A stretch of DNA of 64,000 nucleotides from Patescibacteria group bacterium (GCA_028865725.1 JAGWJP010000001.1:377954-441953), one strand, 5' to 3'; positions 28,889 through 39,049 are shown, numbered from the stretch's first letter. Notes: generated by a model not told the origin, from the letters alone. Numbers and translations: made by a program.

Positions 28889-29260
28889 TTACTTGTGAGA
28901 CGCCGTGGGCACCACGTACTTTCCGTTCTGGATTGAATTTATGTCGACACCGAGCAACTTCGCGGCCTCATCGAATCGCCCGTTCGCCACTTGAACCCTG
29001 TTGTACCAGCCAGAAATATGGATCAGATGACCTGTAACGCTATCCTTCCAGTAAATTCCATCTGAATGCGTCTCGTTGGTTACGCTTACCCCATTAAGCT
29101 TCCACGCGCACTTCGGCTGCATTTGGTAATCATACTGGACGATGATCCAATCGCTCCCAGCAGTTTCTGCCCACCAAGACGAAACACCTCGCGAAGCTCC
29201 TGCACACCCGGTCATGGACAGCATACTAAGGGTAATAAGCACGAAAAACATCTTTTTCAT
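28889..29260 (-). CDS. lipoprotein (hypothetical)
   Basis: Signal peptide with lipobox LSMTGC; 123 aa. Confidence 0.5.
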   Translation of the reverse strand: MKKMFFVLITLSMLSMTGCAGASRGVSSWWAETAGSDWIIVQYDYQMQPKCAWKLNGVSVTNETHSDGIYWKDSVTGHLIHISGWYNRVQVANGRFDEAAKLLGVDINSIQNGKYVVPTASHK

Positions 29261-29353
29261 AACTTACAACTCCCTCTCGAGCGATAACTTATATTTACAC
29301 CCATCAAGTATAAATGTCCACAGCCTTGAATTGACATATCTATTTTTTAAGGT

Positions 29354-29359
29354 ATAATA
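29354..29359 (+). promoter_or_regulatory. -10 box TATAAT immediately upstream of rnpB 5' end
   Basis: ggTATAATatatac, then the P1 helix starts about 6 nt downstream. Confidence 0.4.
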
Positions 29360-29364
29360 TATAC

Positions 29365-29757
29365 GGGTTGCGGGTGGACAGTCGCGAATTAAGGAAACTT
29401 AATTTGAGGAAAGTCCGGACACTCATTGTTATTCGCAAGAGTAGCATAACAATAACGGGTAACACCCGTCGCCCGCCCTGGGCGGATAGAGGTGCGAACA
29501 GAGACGTCGCAATCGAAAGAACGCGACACCCTGGGAATTCTTAGGGTGAGCTTCTGTGGTAACACAGAAGGTGCAACGGCCAAATCCTTATTGGGTGCAA
29601 GGTCGTGCCCAGCACCACTTTTATGCTTAAAGAAAGCATAAAAGTGGTGCTGGGAGTGCCGCTACGATTCCTTCAAGTAATTGAGGAACTCAGATAAATG
29701 GCTGTCGGTCCGATGTTACATCGGACTACAGAATCCGGCTTATAACCCACAACCCTA
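29365..29757 (+). ncRNA. rnpB: RNase P RNA (bacterial type A-like)
   Basis: Conserved P4 strands GAGGAAAGUCCGGAC and ACAGAAUCCGGCUUAU; AGGGUGA element; P1 pairing GGGUUGCGGGUGG with ACCCACAACCC; long perfect apical hairpins. Confidence 0.8.
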
Positions 29758-29766
29758 ATAAAAATG

Positions 29767-29788
29767 CCACTCTTTGAGTGGTGTTTTT
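29767..29788 (+). terminator. rho-independent terminator after rnpB
   Basis: CCACUC-uuug-GAGUGG followed by UGUUUUU. Confidence 0.6.
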
Positions 29789-29799
29789 ATTAGTGGTTT

Positions 29800-30267
29800 T
29801 TACAACTTGCCACAAATATCCTGAAAGCAATCGAAAAAAAAGAGTTCCATCTTAATGGCGCCGGGGTGTTTCACAAGATTTTGGGATCGTCGTGGCAAAT
29901 AATTTCTGTCGGAAGGTTCCCTTTCACCTCGCCGAATTTCTTCTTCTTTTTTCAGAAGTGCGCGCAATACGATGATATCACCATTTCGCGGACTACTTCT
30001 TGTATCCACCGGAACGTTTTTGCCTTCCTTTTCATGGTACTCTTGAAGTTTTTGTGCATACTCATCGAATCTTCCTTTTTCTGCCGCGCGATAGAGCACA
30101 CTAAGCGCGTTTGCGTCTTGCGCCTCAAAGCAGTTTGTTACTCTTTGAGCTAGTTTTTGTGCCTCTTCGCGCTTTTCCGGAGGAAGAAATGCGAGTATCT
30201 CCATGATGACAGCTTCTCTGTCTCTCTGTGCGAGTTCGAACATCTCATGTCCCCTTCCTTTTTTCAA
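29800..30267 (-). CDS. hypothetical protein (charged, helical)
   Basis: 155 aa ORF, Glu/Lys/Arg-rich; no recognisable domain. Confidence 0.35.
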   Translation of the reverse strand: MKKGRGHEMFELAQRDREAVIMEILAFLPPEKREEAQKLAQRVTNCFEAQDANALSVLYRAAEKGRFDEYAQKLQEYHEKEGKNVPVDTRSSPRNGDIIVLRALLKKEEEIRRGEREPSDRNYLPRRSQNLVKHPGAIKMELFFFDCFQDICGKL

Positions 30268-30336
30268 TGAGCCACGCTAAAAACATAGCACACAATATAC
30301 CATATTATCAAGATCCTTAACTATTACAAAACTACA

Positions 30337-30762
30337 CTAGAAAAGTGCGTCTTGGTGGTTGTCGAGGGCGGCGTTTACCATGGCATCAGCGCCTTTGTTC
30401 AGTTTACGGCGTACGTGCCTAAAAATAACGTCCTTAAAATCGAGAGTAAGGTTCCAGACATCCATAAAAAGCATTTTCATACGGTCGTCCGATATTTTGT
30501 ACTCCTTATTCATTTGTTTACAAATAAGTTCTGAGTCCATATTCACATGGACTACTTCTTGCTTGGTGTGTTCTTTGCCGATCAACTGCTTTACCTTTTT
30601 GAGTGCAAAGATAACCGCCGCATATTCTGCTTCGTTGTTGGTTCCTTTTCCTAGATATTCACCATATTCTTTGCGCGTTCCGTCGATTTCAATTACGACC
30701 CCAAGCGCAGAAGGGCCTGGGTTTCCCCTCGATCCTCCGTCTGTATGTACTATGATATTCAT
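30337..30762 (-). CDS. rnhA: ribonuclease HI
   Basis: MNIIVHTDGGSRGNPGPSALGVV...NNEAEYAAVIFALK. Confidence 0.8.
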   Translation of the reverse strand: MNIIVHTDGGSRGNPGPSALGVVIEIDGTRKEYGEYLGKGTNNEAEYAAVIFALKKVKQLIGKEHTKQEVVHVNMDSELICKQMNKEYKISDDRMKMLFMDVWNLTLDFKDVIFRHVRRKLNKGADAMVNAALDNHQDALF

Positions 30763-30781
30763 ACTGTTTTCCTTGCGTTAA

Positions 30782-31903
30782 TTATTGTAGTGCCTTGATT
30801 CCGGGCAATTCTTTGCCGCTCAAGTACGCGATCATTGCGCCTCCGCCGGTTGAAACAAAATCAAATTTACTTACGAGATTAAGCTTGCGGATCAGCGCCA
30901 CCGTCTCCCCTCCCCCTACGATGCTTGTGGCAGGTGATTCTGATATTTTGCGTGCAATTGCAACCGACCCCGCTTCAAATCGCGGGTCCTCAAAAAAACC
31001 GAGCGGCCCATTCCACATAATCATCGCGGTATCGCGAAGGCAAGCAGCATAGCGCTCGATAGCTATGGGGCCAATATCAAGAATGGTGTGCGTTTCTCCG
31101 TGTGTTACATTAATATCGTGCAGTAAGAATGTGGACACATCATCACCATGCCGGACGACTACATCTTCGGGCAAGATAAGTTTACCGGTGTTAAGAAGCA
31201 CTTTTATTTCTTCTTGGTTTTGTGTCAACAATGGGGCAACCAACCCACTCCCCAGAAGAATGGTATCTGCAAAACGAGCCAAATGCGTTAAAAGAGGTAG
31301 CTTTGTGTCTATCTTGATTCCTCCCACTATGCACACAAGCGGGTGTTTGGGGGTAAGAAGAATAGTATTAAGTTTTGTAATTTCCTTCTCAAGCTGAAAC
31401 CCCGCAAATGAGGGAAGAAGCCCCGCAAGCGCCACAAGGGACGCGTTGTTTTTATGGCTTACCGCAAACGCATCGTTGACATATATATCTCCAAATTCAG
31501 CAAGTTTTTTCGCTAGTCCGATGTCGTTGCTGTATTCTTCAGGCAAAAACCGGATATTTTCAAACAAAATAAGCGACGCACCTTCTGCGCTCTTTGCGGC
31601 AAGCTCCTCAAGCGTATGTACAAATACCGCGTCTGAATAATACTTCACGAGATATTGAAATATTGGCTCGAGAGACAATGCGGGGTCAATCCCCTTAGGC
31701 TCCCCGAGGTGCGCAAGAAGTACAATGCACGCATGATGACGCAGCAGATAATCGATCGATTCAAAACTTGCTTGAACTCGATAATCATCGAGCATGGTTT
31801 TATGCCCATCGGGTTGAGATACAAGTTCCGTGTTGTAATCTACGCGAAGCAACACACGCTTTCCCGACAGATCTTTTTCGGTACACTCTCGTAACCATTT
31901 CAT
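30782..31903 (-). CDS. pgk: phosphoglycerate kinase
   Basis: RVDYN...; MWNGPLGFFE; GGGETVALI; STGGGAMIAYLSGKELPGIKAL. Confidence 0.9.
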   Translation of the reverse strand: MKWLRECTEKDLSGKRVLLRVDYNTELVSQPDGHKTMLDDYRVQASFESIDYLLRHHACIVLLAHLGEPKGIDPALSLEPIFQYLVKYYSDAVFVHTLEELAAKSAEGASLILFENIRFLPEEYSNDIGLAKKLAEFGDIYVNDAFAVSHKNNASLVALAGLLPSFAGFQLEKEITKLNTILLTPKHPLVCIVGGIKIDTKLPLLTHLARFADTILLGSGLVAPLLTQNQEEIKVLLNTGKLILPEDVVVRHGDDVSTFLLHDINVTHGETHTILDIGPIAIERYAACLRDTAMIMWNGPLGFFEDPRFEAGSVAIARKISESPATSIVGGGETVALIRKLNLVSKFDFVSTGGGAMIAYLSGKELPGIKALQ

Positions 31904-32670
31904 ACTTCGGACGCGATACGAATAATACGCTCAAATTTTTCCGCATCAAGACTTGCGCCGCCAACAAGAGCCCCTTCAATTTCTGACTCTCCTAAATACA
32001 TACGCGCATTTTCATCATTTAACGAACCTCCATAGATAAATGTGAAAGAAAATGCAGAATACTCTGAAACTAAGGTTTTAAGGAAGCGAATCACCTGGAC
32101 TGTGTCTTCTGCTGTTTCTGGTGTACCCGTGCCAATTGCCCAACGGGGCTCATAGGCAACTACTATGCGTCTCTGTGTCTCAGAATCTGCAATTTCTTCT
32201 ATTCCTGATAGCCCATCTCGTATTTGGCGTTCGAGTACTGCATGAGTTTCTCCTTGTGCTTTTTCGGTTGCAGTCTCACCGACACAAAAAATCGGGATTA
32301 AATTATGCTGCAATGCGGCATTTATTTTTTTCTGTATTGTTTCGTCGGTTTCTTTGAGGTAATTACGGCGCTCCGAATGTCCTATAATCACATAACGCAC
32401 TCCACATGCGGTAAGCATCACGGGAGACGTTTCGCCAGTATAGGCGCCTTCTTCTTCCCAAAACATATTCTGGGCACCACGCATTACGTGATGTTGTTCA
32501 CTTGGCGGGTCTTCTTCGGCGAGCATAGCAAGGTAACACGTTGGCGAACAGAGTACCGTCGTAACACCTTGAACTCCCACCGCTCCTTTATACTCGACCT
32601 CATACAACACTTTGGCGTCATGTGGTGTCAGCGGATTCATTTTCCAATTTGCAATAATAAGTTTGTTCAT
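31900..32670 (-). CDS. tpiA: triosephosphate isomerase
   Basis: IIANWKMN; IIGHSERR; VAYEPRWAIGTG. Confidence 0.9.
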   Translation of the reverse strand: MNKLIIANWKMNPLTPHDAKVLYEVEYKGAVGVQGVTTVLCSPTCYLAMLAEEDPPSEQHHVMRGAQNMFWEEEGAYTGETSPVMLTACGVRYVIIGHSERRNYLKETDETIQKKINAALQHNLIPIFCVGETATEKAQGETHAVLERQIRDGLSGIEEIADSETQRRIVVAYEPRWAIGTGTPETAEDTVQVIRFLKTLVSEYSAFSFTFIYGGSLNDENARMYLGESEIEGALVGGASLDAEKFERIIRIASEV

Positions 32671-33677
32671 AGACGTAATAATGCTGCGGCGTCTTTAGGG
32701 TCTACGACCACAATATCAATTCCTGTGCCCAGCTCGAGCCCCGCAAGATGTGACATGCGCGGAAGAACTTCAATATGCCAATGATAGTATTGCCACAACT
32801 CTTTATTGTGTACAGGAGCAGTATGAATAAAAAAGTTAAGGTCAGGGTCATCTAATTTCTTTTTTATTTGCGCGAGCGTAAATCGCAATGCCTCCGCAAT
32901 CGCAAGACGCGCGCGGGATGTTGCGTCCTCAAAATAAGATTGATGTACTTTTGGAAATATGCGTACCTCGTATGAGGTGCGTGAGACATAAGGCGCGATC
33001 ACGATTGCTTGCTCGTTTTCAAAAATAATGCGTTCCTGCTCTCTTTGTTCCCAGTTGATGATTTCGCAATGCACGCAACTGCCATATTTTTTGTAGTAGC
33101 GCTTTGATCCTAATAGCGAATCCTCAATGTCGGGAGGAACAATAGGGAGAGAGAGAATCTGAAGATGAGGATGATCCAACGAAGCTCCTCCTTCAGGGCC
33201 CCAGTTGTGAAAAATAGAAATATAATCGGCGCACGGGTTTTCTGCAATCACACGATAGCGATCCTGTAACGCACGGAGGAGAATATCCATTTCTTCGCTT
33301 ATGAGATCTCCGATAGGCATTGCGTGATCATGGAGTATCAAAAGTTCATGGAAACCAATGCCCTCCATGCGTGAAAAAGGACCGTGCTGCTCTTTTACGG
33401 GGCAGATGTCTCCTTTTGTTACCCCAGGATATTTGTTGGGAATAATCTGAAGAAACCACGTGTCAGGATGGCGCGGCGAACGAAACGTAAGAAGCGGATC
33501 TCCGTGTCCGGTGGCCTGAGGATTCTCAAAAGGACAGTGTTCTTTGGGAGATACTGTGCGATGTAATGCACTTTGAGAGTCCTCTTTTCGTCTGGCACGT
33601 GTGGGAGCAATAAGAACCCACTCTCCGGAAACAAGATCACGCCGTAATTCAGAATATGGAGAAGGATCTTCACGCAT
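32667..33677 (-). CDS. galactose-1-phosphate uridylyltransferase-like (GalT/HIT superfamily) nucleotidyltransferase
   Basis: Two HIT-like half domains; HPHLQIL motif (GalT HPHGQ-like) and a second-half HWHIEVLPR. Confidence 0.6.
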   Translation of the reverse strand: MREDPSPYSELRRDLVSGEWVLIAPTRARRKEDSQSALHRTVSPKEHCPFENPQATGHGDPLLTFRSPRHPDTWFLQIIPNKYPGVTKGDICPVKEQHGPFSRMEGIGFHELLILHDHAMPIGDLISEEMDILLRALQDRYRVIAENPCADYISIFHNWGPEGGASLDHPHLQILSLPIVPPDIEDSLLGSKRYYKKYGSCVHCEIINWEQREQERIIFENEQAIVIAPYVSRTSYEVRIFPKVHQSYFEDATSRARLAIAEALRFTLAQIKKKLDDPDLNFFIHTAPVHNKELWQYYHWHIEVLPRMSHLAGLELGTGIDIVVVDPKDAAALLRL

Positions 33678-33680
33678 AAC

Positions 33681-34403
33681 TTATCGATATCGTTTCATCC
33701 ACATGTTCCAACGCACTCGCAATGTCTCTAGAAGTACCTGAACATATGCGCTGCTGCTGACATGAGAGTGAATATCGTTGACCCATGTGATACCCACTTC
33801 TTTAATGTTGTGGTGAAGCACGCGTGCGATGACGAGTGCTTCAATATCAAATCCCCACCGATAGACGGTAAGGCGAGAAAAAATGTCCCGTGCCGCTTCA
33901 GCAGAAAAGAGCTTAAACCCGCATTGGGTATCGTGAATACCAGGAAGAACCAGTATTTGAATGATCCCGTTCCCTATATGTCCCAACACGCGTCGAATCC
34001 ATGGTTGAGGAACGGGAATAATCGATCCTTTTACTGCACGTGATCCGATCACGACATTATAACCCTCCCTAAAAAAGGGCAAGAGACGTTCAATTTGATC
34101 AATACTCGTCGAGTTATCTGCATCGGTGAAAAGACAATATTCACCTTTTGCCTCAAGCATGCCCTGCCGCACCGCTGCGCCCTTACCTTTATTTTCTTTA
34201 TTATCAATAAGACGCGAATATTTAACGACTTTTTCATGATTGCGCACCAACTCTGCGGTGGTATCACGCGATCCATCGTTCACCACGATAATCTCATAAG
34301 AAAATGTTTTTTTAGAAAGATAGGCGTCAATATCTAATAACGTACGGGTGATGCGCTCTCCTTCGTTATAAGCAGGAATAATAACAGATAGATACGGTTG
34401 CAT
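33681..34403 (-). CDS. glycosyltransferase family 2 (Dpm1-like)
   Basis: LSVIIPAYNEGERI...EIIVVNDGSRDTT...FTDADNS. Confidence 0.8.
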   Translation of the reverse strand: MQPYLSVIIPAYNEGERITRTLLDIDAYLSKKTFSYEIIVVNDGSRDTTAELVRNHEKVVKYSRLIDNKENKGKGAAVRQGMLEAKGEYCLFTDADNSTSIDQIERLLPFFREGYNVVIGSRAVKGSIIPVPQPWIRRVLGHIGNGIIQILVLPGIHDTQCGFKLFSAEAARDIFSRLTVYRWGFDIEALVIARVLHHNIKEVGITWVNDIHSHVSSSAYVQVLLETLRVRWNMWMKRYR

Positions 34404-34632
34404 ATCCGGTAGTGAAACTGGGATTATATTACGGTAACCCCAGATTTTTATGTAATTTAATTATCTACTAATTCTTTACTACACCCTTTGAAGTACTGCG
34501 TAGGCGAAAAACCTCATCGCAGTTTTACTACCGGGCATACCTTTTCAGTATACCGAATCTATAATATAGAATCCAGAGTATAACTTAAAACCATATCGTG
34601 TGAGCATGGCAAGATCTTAATCCGCCAGTTAA

Positions 34633-34657
34633 CAAAAACCTCGCGTTGCGCGAGGTG
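34633..34657 (-). terminator. rho-independent terminator (bidirectional features)
   Basis: ACCUCGCG-uug-CGCGAGGU flanked by an A run and a downstream T run. Confidence 0.5.
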
Positions 34658-34682
34658 TGACACTTTTTTCTCTCACTCTTTT

Positions 34683-35039
34683 TTATTCTGGCAGTTCTGT
34701 TTCCATCTCCATTTCCGTCTCTCTCTCTCTTATTGCAACTACCCAGTTCACCATAATATGTTCCCATTTTTTGAGAATCCGGATCAGAACTCCTCGAATG
34801 AGAAACGAGAGGACCGTCACGATGCCCAAAGTAAAAACCATGCGGCAAATTCCCCACAGTGTTGAGACATAAAATGCATTGATACTCCACCGCAGCAAAA
34901 GCAATGTAAGTAATACGAGCCCTAGGAATGCATGCACAAGCGCAAACATGAAGATCCCAATGCTCAACACAAAAACCATTATACATATTGGAATGGACAT
35001 TGCTATCTGTGTGCGCAGCGCCGTTAGCTTTTTATGCAT
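34683..35039 (-). CDS. small membrane protein (hypothetical), acidic ERETEMEMETE tail
   Basis: Three hydrophobic helices; followed by a terminator; the C-terminal tail is encoded partly by a (TC)6 tract. Confidence 0.4.
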   Translation of the reverse strand: MHKKLTALRTQIAMSIPICIMVFVLSIGIFMFALVHAFLGLVLLTLLLLRWSINAFYVSTLWGICRMVFTLGIVTVLSFLIRGVLIRILKKWEHIMVNWVVAIRERETEMEMETELPE

Positions 35040-35090
35040 CTCTCCTGCCTCCGTGTAATGTGCTGACTCTTTTTAGCATATCAGACTTAT

Positions 35091-35120
35091 AAACGCAAAA
35101 AGCAACGATTGCCGTTGCTT
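35091..35120 (-). terminator. rho-independent terminator
   Basis: Minus strand AAGCAACG-gcaau-CGUUGCUU followed by UUUUGCGUUU. Confidence 0.45.
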
Positions 35121-35130
35121 AACTATAGTT

Positions 35131-35472
35131 TTAACGATATGCCTCTCGACCTTCACCGCTCGGAGCAACGAGAATTCCTTTGCATTGTTTATGTACCACA
35201 CACGCGTTTACGACTGGAGCAAGAAAATGCGCAGCATCGTACCTGCTGTGAGGTACCACTGCACGCGGTTCTCGTGGATGCCACCATGCGATTTTCGATC
35301 CGCACAATGGACACATGGGCAAGGTAAGTATAGGAATTGCGTTCCAGGTTTGATCGTTCTTTCCTCTATGAATAGGGGAATTTTGTTTTCCTATTTTTCC
35401 CCGATCTTTAAGATAGAAAATATACCACCACACGGCACTAATGATCATGCACACGAAAGTATACATATTCAT
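35131..35472 (-). CDS. hypothetical protein with N-terminal TM and CxxC motif
   Basis: 113 aa; N-terminal TM; PMCPLCGSKIAWWH. Confidence 0.3.
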   Translation of the reverse strand: MNMYTFVCMIISAVWWYIFYLKDRGKIGKQNSPIHRGKNDQTWNAIPILTLPMCPLCGSKIAWWHPREPRAVVPHSRYDAAHFLAPVVNACVVHKQCKGILVAPSGEGREAYR

Positions 35473-35488
35473 AATTCACCCTTTTTCT

Positions 35489-36046
35489 TCATGAGACGGG
35501 AGTGAAAAACTCTCGAGCGTTCTCATCATAGGGGATTACGAGATTTCCTGTATAAAAGTCGCCAATCGCGATCTCGAAAAGAAGATGATCTTCGTCCTTC
35601 CGAGAGATAATAAGCGATGTCTGCGATGCGAGATAACGTGATACGAGGTCTTGTATGAGTTTTTCGAAAGTGCATACCCTAATAAGCATCTCAAGTGGTA
35701 TTTGTCCTTCAAGCATATCAAGAAAGTCTCCCATAAGTACTTCGGGAAATAACAATCTTAGTTCCCTGTTTTCAAAATAGGAGACAAGACTGATAGAAAA
35801 TTCCCAAAAATGAGGGGGCGCTGGAACATTAGGTGTAAAGTGAGATTTTTGAATGCCTCCACAAAGACCAAAAGCTGGTTTACGAACCCCATGACAAGTA
35901 CTATAAGAATTCAGCACAACCCCACTACAAAAAACAGATCTCTCTGCAAGGAAATTATTTTCCAGTGCCTTCCCAATAATCATTGCAACCCCCAAGTATG
36001 TATATGAACTGGTTTTAGTTAAACACGGACTGTTTATTTTTGTCAA
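35489..36046 (-). CDS. hypothetical protein
   Basis: 185 aa ORF in an operon with ruvX/map; no recognisable domain. Confidence 0.4.
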   Translation of the reverse strand: MTKINSPCLTKTSSYTYLGVAMIIGKALENNFLAERSVFCSGVVLNSYSTCHGVRKPAFGLCGGIQKSHFTPNVPAPPHFWEFSISLVSYFENRELRLLFPEVLMGDFLDMLEGQIPLEMLIRVCTFEKLIQDLVSRYLASQTSLIISRKDEDHLLFEIAIGDFYTGNLVIPYDENAREFFTPVS

Positions 36047-36425
36047 TCCATGCTTGGAGTATCAGGGCTGCAGCATGAGCATCCACCTGATCTTTGATAA
36101 GCCCCGCGCTGCGTAATACATGGCGCGCCTCTTTTGTGGTAAAAAATTCGTCCTCTGTTTCAATGGGAAGATTAATATGTGTGCGGAGAAATGCGACAAA
36201 TTTCATGGTAATCTCTGTTTGCGCGGTGGGTTCACTGGTCGAAAAGCGCGGTTCCCCGACAATAATCCGCGTCACATGATATTCATCAATCGCCTGCCGC
36301 AATTGAGCAAGAAATTCTTTTTGGGGCATGGTTTGTATTACGCGCCATGGCGTCACTACGCCCGTTTCCATATCTCCGAGTGCAAGACCGATTCTTTTTG
36401 TTCCGTAATCAATACCGAGAAGCAT
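36015..36425 (-). CDS. ruvX: Holliday junction resolvase-like protein RuvX/YqgF (putative pre-16S rRNA nuclease)
   Basis: MLLGIDYGTKRIGLALGD... RNase H-like fold signature. Confidence 0.85.
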   Translation of the reverse strand: MLLGIDYGTKRIGLALGDMETGVVTPWRVIQTMPQKEFLAQLRQAIDEYHVTRIIVGEPRFSTSEPTAQTEITMKFVAFLRTHINLPIETEDEFFTTKEARHVLRSAGLIKDQVDAHAAALILQAWIDKNKQSVFN

Positions 36426-36430
36426 ACTAT

Positions 36431-37195
36431 CTATAATGCAGTAAGGAGAAGAGGCCCTTTTTCAGTGATGGCAAGAGAGTGTTCAAAGTGTGCGGCAAGA
36501 CTACCGTCTGCAGTTGCAAAACTTTCGTCGGAGCGTTGTACAATACGCTCCGTATGTTCTGCAATAATAGGTTCAATGGCAATGACAAGTCCGGTCTCGA
36601 GCGTCATCCCCGTTCCCGGTTTTCCCGTGTTAAATACATAAGGGTCTTCATGAAGTTCAAACCCCACCCCATGTCCGGTAAGTTCTTTTAACACCTTAAA
36701 GCGTGCCTCCCGTACGCACTGTTCTATCACATACCCGATGTCTCCAAGCGTGTTTCCTGATTCTGCGGCGGACATGCCCATCTCCAAGGCGCGACGGGCC
36801 GTATCGATAAGCTCATATGCGCGTTTCGTTACCCGTTTTCCAATTGGAACGGTTATTGCCATATCGGTAATCAAGCCATTATATCGCATCCCAATATCAA
36901 TACTCACAATATCACCGTCTTTGAGATGATATGCGGTGGGGTGTTCGTGTACCGCAACATCATTCACGGATGTGCAGAGTGTGTTGGGATAAGCCTTAGT
37001 CGCAGCACTTGGTGTATATCCCTTAAAAGCCGGCTCCCCGCCGGCTTTACGAATCAATTGTTCTGCGAGTTCATCGAGAGAAAGAAGCGAAATTCCCGGT
37101 TTTGTGTTTTCTCTAATTGTTTCGAGGATGTGCGCCAAACGTTTACCCCCTTCTCGCAAATCGTGTATTTGTTTTTGTGTTTTAAGTCGAATCAT
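36431..37195 (-). CDS. map: methionine aminopeptidase type I
   Basis: GHGVGFELHEDPYV...; metal ligand pattern D..D..H..E..E. Confidence 0.9.
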   Translation of the reverse strand: MIRLKTQKQIHDLREGGKRLAHILETIRENTKPGISLLSLDELAEQLIRKAGGEPAFKGYTPSAATKAYPNTLCTSVNDVAVHEHPTAYHLKDGDIVSIDIGMRYNGLITDMAITVPIGKRVTKRAYELIDTARRALEMGMSAAESGNTLGDIGYVIEQCVREARFKVLKELTGHGVGFELHEDPYVFNTGKPGTGMTLETGLVIAIEPIIAEHTERIVQRSDESFATADGSLAAHFEHSLAITEKGPLLLTAL

Positions 37196-37197
37196 TA

Positions 37198-37788
37198 TTA
37201 TTTGTGAAGTCCTAACGCTGTACGCATGCGCATATGTACCTCATTGATAGTTCCCTCCCCATTCACAGTCACTAAGCGATCTGTCGACTCATAATAACGC
37301 ACAACGGGCATTACTTCCGTATCGAACCACTCAAGACGACTCGTAATTGCGTGATCTGTGTCATCTGTTCTTCCGCGCGCCTTAAGACGTTGGAATACCT
37401 CTTCATGTCCCGTATCAAGTAATACGGCGACCGTATCCTCTTTTCGTTCAAACCACTCGAGCAGCGCATCGAGCTTTTCTGCTTCGTGCAGCTTGCGAGG
37501 CGATCCATCAAAAAAAACAATTTCACTGTTATCGGTCATGCGCGTCATTACATCGTTTTGCCATAGGTAAATTGCGACCCACTCATCAATGAGAATACCA
37601 TTATCAATAATCTGCTTAATCTTTTTTCCCGCAAACGTAGCTGAGGCGCCAATATGACGCAAAAGCTCTCCTATAGAGATATAGAGCGTTTTTTCGCCTT
37701 GCGCGGTGAGATAGTCGTTTAAAAGCTTAAGCTGAGTTCCTTTACCCGCCCCACTCTTCCCTAAAACGATGATATTTTTATATTTCAT
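37198..37788 (-). CDS. adk: adenylate kinase
   Basis: IIVLGKSGAGKGTQ P-loop; follows secY as in the spc operon. Confidence 0.9.
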   Translation of the reverse strand: MKYKNIIVLGKSGAGKGTQLKLLNDYLTAQGEKTLYISIGELLRHIGASATFAGKKIKQIIDNGILIDEWVAIYLWQNDVMTRMTDNSEIVFFDGSPRKLHEAEKLDALLEWFERKEDTVAVLLDTGHEEVFQRLKARGRTDDTDHAITSRLEWFDTEVMPVVRYYESTDRLVTVNGEGTINEVHMRMRTALGLHK

Positions 37789-39049
37789 ATTCGCGCATCA
37801 CTACTTGTGATTGTACCTGTTTCATCGTCTCAATTGCAACTGATACGACGATAAGGAGCGCGGTGCCTCCTAACCGGAAGGAGTTAATTCCACTGGCTGC
37901 TTGGATAATATTAGGCAAAATAGCAACCAGACCAAGTCCAAATGCGCCAAACAATGTAATGCGGCCCATGACTTTAGTAATGAAATCTGCGGTTGAGTTC
38001 CCTGGACGAATCCCCGGAATAAATCCACCAAACTGCTGAAGATTTTTGGCAATTTCTGAAGGATCAAAGGTAATGGCAGTATAAAAATAGGTGAAGAGAA
38101 CCACGAGCAAGAAGTAGGCCGTATTATAAAACCATTGATTTGCATAGAAGGCATTCACAATGTCTTGTGCTTTTGTAGCCCAGCCAATGTGAAACACCGC
38201 AAGAACTTGAGTGACAAACTGGGGAAACAGCAATACGGAAATAGCAAAGATAATAGGAATCACTCCCGCTTGAATGAGGCGAAGTGGTAAGTACGTAGAT
38301 ACGCCTCCATACACTTTTGATCCTCGCACCTGTTTGGCATAAGAGACCGGAATTTTGCGTTCCCCCTCATTGAGAAACACTACCCCCGCAATAACAAGAA
38401 GACCCATTGCCACAAAACCAATGTAGGTAGGGAGAAGTCTTGGATCATAGGTTTGAACAAGCTGCCATGCGCTTTGAGGTACTCCAGCCACGATTCCCGC
38501 AAAAATAATAAGTGAAACTCCGTTACCTACTTTTTGTTCTGTGATTAATTCGCCAAGCCAGGTGAGAATCATGGTTCCCGCGATAATGAGTATCAAATTG
38601 CGCGCTAAATCAAACGGACTAAGGGCCGGAATAACTTGTTGTGATTGCAGTAAGCGCAAAAATCCAAAACCTTGCAACAGAGCAAGTGGTACTGTCGCAA
38701 TACGTGCGTACTGATTAAACTTCATACGTCCTGATTCCCCTTCCTCATAATACATTTCTTTGATAGCAGGAAATACCATCATCAATAATTGCATAATGAT
38801 TGTTGCGGTGATATAAGGACCAACCCCCAGCATTGCAATGGAAAAGTTTGCAAATGAACCGCCAGAAAATAAGTTAAACAAACCGAATAATTGATTTGAT
38901 GCTAAGAAACTTTTGAGACGCAATACATCAACGCCCGGGATGGGAATACTGGCAAATAAACGTACTACCACGAGAATACCTAACACAATAAGAATCTTCT
39001 TACGAAGTTCCGTAGATTTCAAAACATGTAAGAATGTTTCTTTTTCCAT
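37778..39049 (-). CDS. secY: preprotein translocase subunit SecY
   Basis: 10-TM protein; conserved SecY segments; operon position after rplO. Confidence 0.9.
   Translation of the reverse strand: MEKETFLHVLKSTELRKKILIVLGILVVVRLFASIPIPGVDVLRLKSFLASNQLFGLFNLFSGGSFANFSIAMLGVGPYITATIIMQLLMMVFPAIKEMYYEEGESGRMKFNQYARIATVPLALLQGFGFLRLLQSQQVIPALSPFDLARNLILIIAGTMILTWLGELITEQKVGNGVSLIIFAGIVAGVPQSAWQLVQTYDPRLLPTYIGFVAMGLLVIAGVVFLNEGERKIPVSYAKQVRGSKVYGGVSTYLPLRLIQAGVIPIIFAISVLLFPQFVTQVLAVFHIGWATKAQDIVNAFYANQWFYNTAYFLLVVLFTYFYTAITFDPSEIAKNLQQFGGFIPGIRPGNSTADFITKVMGRITLFGAFGLGLVAILPNIIQAASGINSFRLGGTALLIVVSVAIETMKQVQSQVVMREYEI

Noticed and set aside
29389-29583. 64-aa ORF inside the RNase P RNA gene
   Set aside because: The region is explained by conserved rnpB helices (P4 and others); the ORF has no RBS or homology.
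34585-34986. 133-aa ORF overlapping the 34683..35039 gene in another frame
   Set aside because: It would read through the terminator hairpin at 34636..34654. The 118-aa frame with TM helices and a clean terminator is preferred.
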